This document shows positions 58,093-64,000 of a DNA stretch of 64,000 nt, in pieces (within the stretch, counting starts at the first letter, position 1; every line of letters starts with the position of its first letter). Location of the stretch: assembly GCA_963838125.1 (NCBI GenBank), contig CAWIPT010000004.1, positions 78,007 through 142,006 on the forward strand. Reading direction: 5' to 3'. Made by a program: the position numbers and the translations under genes. Below the pieces are notes generated by a model. It saw only the letters and a program-made list of their open reading frames with translations. It was not told the DNA's origin and made no database searches. The DNA is from an uncultured Chloroflexia bacterium (lineage in GTDB: Bacteria; Chloroflexota; Limnocylindria; QHBO01).

Positions 58093-58908
58093 CCTCGCCC
58101 CGGCTGGTCGCCCTCCGCGAGCTGGCGGAGGAAGCCGTTCTCGAGCGGCGCGACTTCATCGTCGAGGCCACTGAGCAGATCCGGCGCTTCCTGGAGGCGA
58201 ACCGCGAGCGGTTTCGGGAGATCGGCCAGATCACGCTGGTCGACGACGAGCAGGACTTCCTCCGCTACCACCCGGTCGACCAGCTGTGGGTCACCCGGCT
58301 CACGTACCAGGACCCGGCCGACGGGGAGTGGTACGACCAGGAGCAGGAGGTGGACAACCTCTCCGAGCTGGTCGAGCTCTACAACCCGGCTGACATCATG
58401 CAGTGGCTCATCGAGGCGTCGCGCAATCCCGTTGGACCACCTCGCTCCCGCCGACGAGCTGGCGACCGAGGAAGCTGCCCCGGCGGAGGCGGAGGACGAC
58501 TGGCAGAACGAGCTGCCGGCCGACCAGCGCGAGACCCTGGCCGCCCAGCGTCTCTGGCAGCTGGCCGATGCGTACCGCTCGCAGCTCCAGGAGCAGCAGG
58601 CCGCCCTGCTTCGCGAGTTCGTGGCCAACGCCGAGGACGCGCTGCGCCTGACCGGTGACCTCGTCCTGCTCGACGAGCAGGACGACACGCTCGTGCTGCG
58701 TGGTGACGGCCGGTTCGAAACCACCCTCAACCTGGCCGACATGCCACCGCGCCCGGTCGAGACCATCGAGGCTCATCGCCAGGGCCTGACCGTGACCGAT
58801 GCCAAGACCGTGGCCGAGTTCTACGACCCGGCCGACGTCCTCCAGTGGGTGACCGAGTCGCTCTCCGAGCGCTACCCGGCAGTCGACTTCTCGGCCGTGT
58901 ACGACTGA
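58089..58908 (+). pseudogene. Hypothetical acidic protein built of two homologous halves, one frameshift as assembled
   Basis: Frame of ORF 57711..58658 from GTG 58089, then ORF 58432..58908. The halves end LSELVELYNPADIMQWLIEA and TVAEFYDPADVLQWVTES. Break near 58430. Confidence 0.45.
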
Positions 58909-58925
58909 CCGATCAGGACCGACCG

Positions 58926-59555
58926 ATGCCTCGCGGCGTGCCCGCTCCCCCCGACATGGCAGCAGCCTCCACCGAGGACCTGTTCCTGGGCGCCGGCGCG
59001 CTGCGCGAGGGCCACTTCCGGCTGAAGAGCGGCCTCCACTCCCCTCGCTACCTCGAGAAGTTCCTGGTCTTCCAGTACCCGACCCTGGCCTCGGAGCTGT
59101 GCCGGCGGATGGCGGTCGAGGTCGCGCGGCTGGGGCCGAACGTGGTGGTGGGGCCAACCACCGGCGGCGTGCTGCTCGCGTTCGAGACGGCGCGACACCT
59201 ATCGGCCATCCTGGGCTGGGAGGTGCGCGGGCTGTTCGCCGAGCCCACGGTCCTGGCCGGGGGCCGCGAGCTGCGGCGCGGGTTCGAGGTCAGCCGCGCC
59301 GACACGGTGGTGCTGGTGGACGACATCCTGACCACCGGCGCATCTCTGCGCGAGACGCGCGAAGCCGTGGAGCGGGTCGGAGGCCAGGCGGTCGCCGCGG
59401 TCGTGATCGTCGACCGATCGTCGGAACCGGTGGACGTCGGCGTGCCCATCCGATCGGTGGGACGGATCGAGATCCCGGTCTGGGAGCCGCGGGACTGTCC
59501 GCTCTGTGACGCGGGGGACTGGCTCGAGACACCGGGGAGCGCCGGCGCGACCTAG
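58926..59555 (+). CDS. pyrE: Orotate phosphoribosyltransferase
   Basis: ORF 58845..59555 from ATG 58926: GHFRLKSGLHSPRYLE, VVLVDDILTTGASLRE. Confidence 0.85.
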   Translation: MPRGVPAPPDMAAASTEDLFLGAGALREGHFRLKSGLHSPRYLEKFLVFQYPTLASELCRRMAVEVARLGPNVVVGPTTGGVLLAFETARHLSAILGWEVRGLFAEPTVLAGGRELRRGFEVSRADTVVLVDDILTTGASLRETREAVERVGGQAVAAVVIVDRSSEPVDVGVPIRSVGRIEIPVWEPRDCPLCDAGDWLETPGSAGAT

Positions 59556-60427
59556 GACAATCCGGGCTCCTGCCAGGTGACCTCCGTGATCCGTGCCGGT
59601 GGGTGCTCCCCATCGGCCGGGACGATCCCCGCCTCCGCCTCGAGCGGGATGCCGATCGGCGCCACGAGGTAGCGACCGGCGAGGCGGCGAGCCTCGGGAT
59701 CGAGCGCGAAGCCAGCCTTCGCCCGGTGGAAGGTGACCGTGACATCGGCCGCGACCACCGGATCTGACCGATCCCCGCTGGTGAGGTCCACGAGCGTGGG
59801 GGTGTCCACCGCCAGGACCCGACACGGGCGGCCAGCGGCCGCGGCGTGGGTCCGGATGGCATTGACCAGCTCGACAGCGCCGGACACCGGCTCGCGCAGC
59901 GGTCCGCTGGCCCCGCTACCGAGCAGGGCGTCCACCAGCAGGGACGCCGAAGAGAGGCGCGCACGGAGGCTCATCAGCAGCTCCTCGGTGGGGGCGATGA
60001 ACAGCTGGAGCGAGCCGGCCGCGGCCATGGCCTGGATGACCCCCCAGTTATGCGCCGCGGCCGGGCCAGTGATCCGACCCGCGTCCCCACACAGGACGGC
60101 GATGACCCGCTGCCCGCCGGCGGCCAGGCGCCGCGCCACCACGAACCCGTCGCCGCCGTTGTTCCCGGTCCCGCACAGCACCACGCTGAGCAGGCGCTCG
60201 GCGAGCGGGCCACCGGGTCCCACCACCGGCTCGGCGAGGCGGGACAGCTCGGTGAACGCGACCTCGGCCACCGCGGCGCCGGCACTTTCCATCAGGGCGT
60301 CCTGGCCCAGGCCGAGCTTCTGAGCGGCCTCATCGATCTCGGCCATCTCGGACCCGCCGATGAGCACGGGCCGGATTCGGGACTCGCCCGACGCGGCTGC
60401 GGGCGCGCCGGCGCCCGGATCGGTCAT
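59552..60427 (-). CDS. nnrE: NAD(P)H-hydrate epimerase (YjeF N-terminal domain)
   Basis: ORF 59552..60556 from ATG 60427: VLCGTGNNGGDGFVVARRL, LVDALLGSG. ATGA overlap with the cytochrome c gene. Confidence 0.8.
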   Translation of the reverse strand: MTDPGAGAPAAASGESRIRPVLIGGSEMAEIDEAAQKLGLGQDALMESAGAAVAEVAFTELSRLAEPVVGPGGPLAERLLSVVLCGTGNNGGDGFVVARRLAAGGQRVIAVLCGDAGRITGPAAAHNWGVIQAMAAAGSLQLFIAPTEELLMSLRARLSSASLLVDALLGSGASGPLREPVSGAVELVNAIRTHAAAAGRPCRVLAVDTPTLVDLTSGDRSDPVVAADVTVTFHRAKAGFALDPEARRLAGRYLVAPIGIPLEAEAGIVPADGEHPPARITEVTWQEPGLS

Positions 60428-60972
60428 TCGAGCGTGAGCAGGAATTCGACGATGGTCGCGATTTCCTCGGTCGTGAGCTGGCCGTCGGGCCCGCCGAAGA
60501 CGGGCATCCCGCCACGGTCCAGGCCGGCCACCTCCGGCCCGCTGCCGTCGATCCACAGGTTGGCCCAGGTGTCGGGGAAATCCTCGCCCAGCTGCTGGAG
60601 GTTCTCGCTCGTCGGGCCCTGGGCGAGGCCGTGCAGGCTCGGGAACGAGCCCTGGCCGGACAGGTCCTCGCCGTGGCAGGCCTGGCAGCCTGCCTGCTCG
60701 ATGAGAGCGCCCGCGTCACCGCCCGGGACCTCAGAGGGGGGAGGCGCACCCGAGGGAGGTGGTTCTCCGGACGGTGGCGGCTCCCCGGACGGCAGCGCGC
60801 TGGGTGGCGCCGGCTCACTCGGCCCGGGTCCGACCAGGTCCGGGTTCGTGCCCTCCAGGCTCCCGCCGAGCGCGATGACCCCGACCAACAGCACGGCTGC
60901 GCTCACGCCCGCGATCCAGCGCGGGATGGGCTCGTTCCCGGTCTCGACCGGGGGTGGCACGCCCTGGGTCAC
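60424..60972 (-). CDS. Membrane-anchored mono-heme class I cytochrome c with Pro-rich repeat linker
   Basis: ORF 60424..61041; likely start GTG 60972, 4 nt after the upstream stop. TM WIAGVSAAVLLVGVIALGG; linker PSGEPPPSGEPPPSGAPPPS; CQACH heme site; GGMPVFGG distal Met. Confidence 0.8.
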   Translation of the reverse strand: MTQGVPPPVETGNEPIPRWIAGVSAAVLLVGVIALGGSLEGTNPDLVGPGPSEPAPPSALPSGEPPPSGEPPPSGAPPPSEVPGGDAGALIEQAGCQACHGEDLSGQGSFPSLHGLAQGPTSENLQQLGEDFPDTWANLWIDGSGPEVAGLDRGGMPVFGGPDGQLTTEEIATIVEFLLTLE

Positions 60973-60976
60973 GCCA

Positions 60977-62443
60977 TCAATGCCCGACCGGGGCGGCGGC
61001 GGGAGCGGCCCCCGGTGTGGTGGCGCGGACCGGACGGCCATGGGCGGCGAGGAGGTACGCCTCGGTGGCGTGGGCCGCCGCGGCGAGTCCGGACAAGCCC
61101 AGACCGGCCCAGGCCACGAGGTGGATGGGCAGGAGGGCGGCGTTGATCTCGGACGGGGTCATGCCGTCCGCGACCATCCCGACATGGAACAGCCCGGCCA
61201 CGATGAGGGCAATCCCGGCCAGCGCCGCACCGCCGACCGCGGACCAGGTGACCGCGTACGCCACCAGCCCGCCGCGGTGGGCGCGGTGGAGCATCCGCGG
61301 CCAGGCGTGCTCACCGACGGCGAGGAGTCCGGTGGTGGCCGCTCCGCCCAGGGCGAAGGCGGCAACCCCGAAGGGCCACTCGGTCCGACCAACGGCCTCC
61401 TGCACCTCACGCAGCGAGCCGACGGCGAGGAGCAGGACGCTGCCACCGAGGAACACGAAGCACGCGACGGCGAGGGCCGTCGGTCCGGGCGACAGGGCCA
61501 GGGTCCAGTGGCCGCGGAGGGTCATGGCGAGGTTGCCGATGATGGCGGTCACCGGCAGGAGCAGCATGATGGTGGCCGCGTTACCGATGCTCACCAGGGC
61601 GTACGGGACCGATGGATGGACGGCCGTGCCAAAGCAGGACAGCACGCCCAGGACCGCCCACGCGCTGATCCCGAACCAGCCGAGGGCGCCCGAGGCGAGC
61701 GGCTGGCCGGTGAGCCGCGGAATGAGGTAGTGAAGCGCGCCGATCGGGACGCCCAGCAACCAGAACAGGGAGATGCCCCGACCCCACATCGCCTCGGCGA
61801 TGGCGTCGAGGGTCGGGTCGAGGTTCAATGCCCCGACCACGGCGGCTTCGATGGTCATCCCGGCCACCGCGAACATGGCCAGGCCGAACCAGGCCAGACC
61901 CACGAACGGCGGCTCCGCGCCGGCGAGGGTGGGCCAGAACGAGATGTTGATCAGGACCAGGGCCAGGATCAGGACGAGGTTGACCACCAGCGGGAACCCG
62001 GTCAGGGTCCCGGTGTCCGCGAGCTGCGGGACGTAGAGCAGGGTCAGGCCGGCCGCGAACCCAACGTTCCAGGTCACCAGGCCGAGGATCCCGATCCGTG
62101 GATGGGCAATCGGACGCCCGGTCATCCGTGGAGTGACGAAGAAGATCGCGCCGAACGCCGCGTTTGTCAGCCAGCCCCACACGAACGTGTGGCGGAACCC
62201 CGCTGCCACCGTGTCGGGCGTGAGCTCGAAGGTGAGGCCGAAGGGCAGGGCGAGCACGAGCTCGAAGCTCGACATCACCAGCTGGAGGGCGGCGAAGGTG
62301 CCGAGCCCGGTCGCGGTCAGGAGCCAGAACGCGCCGAACGCGAAGTAGCCCATTGGAGCCGCGTCGGCGCCTGACGGCAGCAGGGACGAGCGCGAGCTAG
62401 GCGGCCGGTCATACGGGCGCAGTCGCTTCAGGTTGCCGGTCAT
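60977..62443 (-). CDS. Polytopic membrane protein resembling heme-copper oxidase subunit I (CcoN/NorB-like) but lacking most canonical His ligands
   Basis: Part of ORF 60977..63007; starts ATG 62443 or 62353. About 12-14 TM segments. By-eye matches to CcoN: FRHTFVWGW, FWLLGVPIGALHYLIPRL, LLLPVTAIIGNLAMTLRGHW, EWPFGVAAFALGG. Confidence 0.55.
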   Translation of the reverse strand: MTGNLKRLRPYDRPPSSRSSLLPSGADAAPMGYFAFGAFWLLTATGLGTFAALQLVMSSFELVLALPFGLTFELTPDTVAAGFRHTFVWGWLTNAAFGAIFFVTPRMTGRPIAHPRIGILGLVTWNVGFAAGLTLLYVPQLADTGTLTGFPLVVNLVLILALVLINISFWPTLAGAEPPFVGLAWFGLAMFAVAGMTIEAAVVGALNLDPTLDAIAEAMWGRGISLFWLLGVPIGALHYLIPRLTGQPLASGALGWFGISAWAVLGVLSCFGTAVHPSVPYALVSIGNAATIMLLLPVTAIIGNLAMTLRGHWTLALSPGPTALAVACFVFLGGSVLLLAVGSLREVQEAVGRTEWPFGVAAFALGGAATTGLLAVGEHAWPRMLHRAHRGGLVAYAVTWSAVGGAALAGIALIVAGLFHVGMVADGMTPSEINAALLPIHLVAWAGLGLSGLAAAAHATEAYLLAAHGRPVRATTPGAAPAAAPVGH

Positions 62444-62548
62444 CCGAGCGCGCGAACCCTCCTGACTGAGAGACCCGGGGCGGGGCCGGTTCCGCACCTT
62501 CGGGCCGCGCGGGCGACCCGGCCGCATTGTAGCCGCCACAATCACGGT

Positions 62549-63103
62549 ATGACCGATGCCGCCTCGCCGCATGAGATCCTTCGACCGCTGCGCCGCGCCC
62601 GCCAGGTGCGCGAGTTCACTGAACAGCCACTGACCGATGCGGAGCTGGACGCCATCACCAACGTGGGCCGCTGGACCGGCAGCAGCCGGAACACCCAGCC
62701 ATGGCGCTTCGTGGTCATCCGGGACGTGGACGCCATCCGCCGCCTCGAGGCGGCGGGTCTGCCGCAGACCCGTTCCCTGAAGACGGCGATGGCGGTCGTT
62801 GCCATCGTCCTGCCCGACGACGACGAGCGTCGCGTCTCGCATGCCTACGACGATGGGCGAGCCGCCGAGCGGATGCTGATCGCGGCCGGCATGCTCGGCC
62901 TCGCCGCGGGCATTGCCTGGGTCCGACCTGACGTCCTGCCCCATGTCCGCGAGATCCTCGATCTGCCCGAGGACCGGATGGTCCGCACCTTGATGGCGCT
63001 TGGTCACCCGACGTCCGAGGCGCGCCTGCCGAAATCGGCGCCGGGGGAGGCACGACTACCCCGCAACGAGATCGTCTTCGATGAGCGACTCCGGCAGGAG
63101 TGA
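62549..63103 (+). CDS. Nitroreductase family protein
   Basis: Intact 184-aa ORF: RRARQVREFTEQPLTDAEL, SSRNTQPWRFVVI. Confidence 0.8.
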   Translation: MTDAASPHEILRPLRRARQVREFTEQPLTDAELDAITNVGRWTGSSRNTQPWRFVVIRDVDAIRRLEAAGLPQTRSLKTAMAVVAIVLPDDDERRVSHAYDDGRAAERMLIAAGMLGLAAGIAWVRPDVLPHVREILDLPEDRMVRTLMALGHPTSEARLPKSAPGEARLPRNEIVFDERLRQE

Positions 63104-63123
63104 CGGTCCCGCCGGGGGAAGCG

Positions 63124-63453
63124 TTACTTGGGCGGGAGGCTCTCGGCGTACGTCACGCCGCGCTCGATCCAGGCCAGGAACTCGGCATCGGTGGCGAAGC
63201 CTTCGCGACCGACCACCAGCCATCCGACCATCGGCCGGGCTGACATGTCGAACGTCCGGGCGCCGGGCAGCGATGCCGTGTCGGCGTGGGCATCCTTGCC
63301 GACGCGGACCATGAGCTCGTCACCGGTCACCCCAACCGCCATGTTGCCCGCGACGAGGAACGCGATCCCGCCGAACATCTCGCGCTCGGTGACGGCCGGA
63401 TGCGAGCCGAGCTCGGCCCGGACCCGCTCCGCGAGTGCCCGGTCATAGGCCAT
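63124..63453 (-). CDS. TfoX N-terminal domain protein
   Basis: Intact 109-aa ORF: ALAERVRAEL, EREMFGGIAFLVAGNMAVGV. Confidence 0.7.
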   Translation of the reverse strand: MAYDRALAERVRAELGSHPAVTEREMFGGIAFLVAGNMAVGVTGDELMVRVGKDAHADTASLPGARTFDMSARPMVGWLVVGREGFATDAEFLAWIERGVTYAESLPPK

Positions 63454-63521
63454 GACAGCACTCTAGCGGGAAAGGCGAAAGCCGCCCGGTCGGAGGCGGC
63501 CTTCGCGCGTGGTAAGCGGAT

Positions 63522-63596
<75 letters not shown>

Positions 63597-63640
63597 ATCT
63601 CCTAGGGTACTGGGCGCCCGCCCATCGGTCAATCGCCTGG

Positions 63641-63967
63641 TCAGCGTCCGGCGATTGTCTTCACCACCGAGCGGACGACGAGCAGGAACACGATCGCGAC
63701 CAGCATTCCGCGCAGTGCCAGCTTGGTAGCGTCCATCGCGGGCTCCCACACGACCTCCTCGCCGCGGATGACCCACGTCCCGACCGGCCGGGCCCTGACC
63801 CCGAAGCCACCTCCTCCATTGTTGGCCTCGTCGCTCCCGCCACCGCCACCGCCCATCACCTCGACGGCGGGGATGAGGGTGACCCCGTTCTTCTGGATCG
63901 GCTCCCCGTAGACCCGCGACACGGCCAGCGCGTCCTGGGCTCCCTTGAGCATCTCGTCAACGTTCAT
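63641..63967 (-). CDS. GerW/YtfJ-family protein
   Basis: Intact 108-aa ORF: VYGEPIQKNGVTLIPAVEVMGGGGGG...GGGGFGVRARPVG, C-terminal TM. Confidence 0.65.
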   Translation of the reverse strand: MNVDEMLKGAQDALAVSRVYGEPIQKNGVTLIPAVEVMGGGGGGSDEANNGGGGFGVRARPVGTWVIRGEEVVWEPAMDATKLALRGMLVAIVFLLVVRSVVKTIAGR

Positions 63968-64000
63968 CGGTCCGACTCCTCGCGTGATCAGGTGGGCTGG

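Noticed and set aside
17500-58500. Programmed ribosomal frameshifting or other recoding as an explanation for the frame breaks
   Set aside because: There are far too many sites (~40). They go in both +1 and -1 directions and occur in unrelated genes. I could not see slippery heptamers or downstream structures. The breaks sit at plain GG/GGG/CC/TT runs.
63124-63453. TfoX-N gene as evidence of natural competence that would explain the octamer as an uptake sequence
   Set aside because: This is only the N-terminal TfoX domain. No competence machinery (comEA/EC, pilins) is visible in the window. It is kept as a speculative pointer in the octamer finding, not as a claim.

Overview
High-GC (roughly 70% by eye) chromosomal segment with an Actinomycetota-like gene repertoire. 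It holds about 66 protein genes and 2 tRNAs at >90% coding density. I saw no CRISPR, transposase, integrase or phage genes.

Content from left to right:
- two badly broken multi-domain class III adenylate cyclase genes, a Cys/Met PLP enzyme, mmsA, a truncated globin, an M23 peptidase, a cysteine-synthase-like enzyme, and lgt;
- an MFS/PlsC pair, then M20 and M24 peptidases;
- a ~9-10 kb co-directional block joining the suf Fe-S assembly genes (sufB-sufD-Rieske-rrf2-sufC-sufS-sufU) to a thiocarboxylate cysteine pathway (rhodanese-moeB, cysO, cysM, mec);
- rsgA, an AMP-ligase/carrier/acyltransferase fusion, an M28 peptidase, a cNMP-binding protein, potDBCA, a GT1 glycosyltransferase, and tRNA-Gly(CCC);
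- an ATPase/wHTH regulator, ribA, ATP-type pckA, a 3xGAF adenylate cyclase, and osmC;
- pyrR-pyrB-pyrC-(3 unknowns)-pyrE, a CcoN-like/cytochrome c pair, and initiator tRNA-Met.

Two window-wide signals dominate:
1. About 40 single-base frame breaks hit 18 genes, mostly at short homopolymers. They look like consensus errors and turn many ORF-track entries into fragments.
2. The octamer TGACCGAT is strongly over-represented.

The most interesting loci are the octamer, a heme-copper-oxidase subunit I homologue lacking the canonical metal-ligand histidines, and the suf-cysO supra-operon. All functional calls rest on motif recognition by eye; no searches were run.
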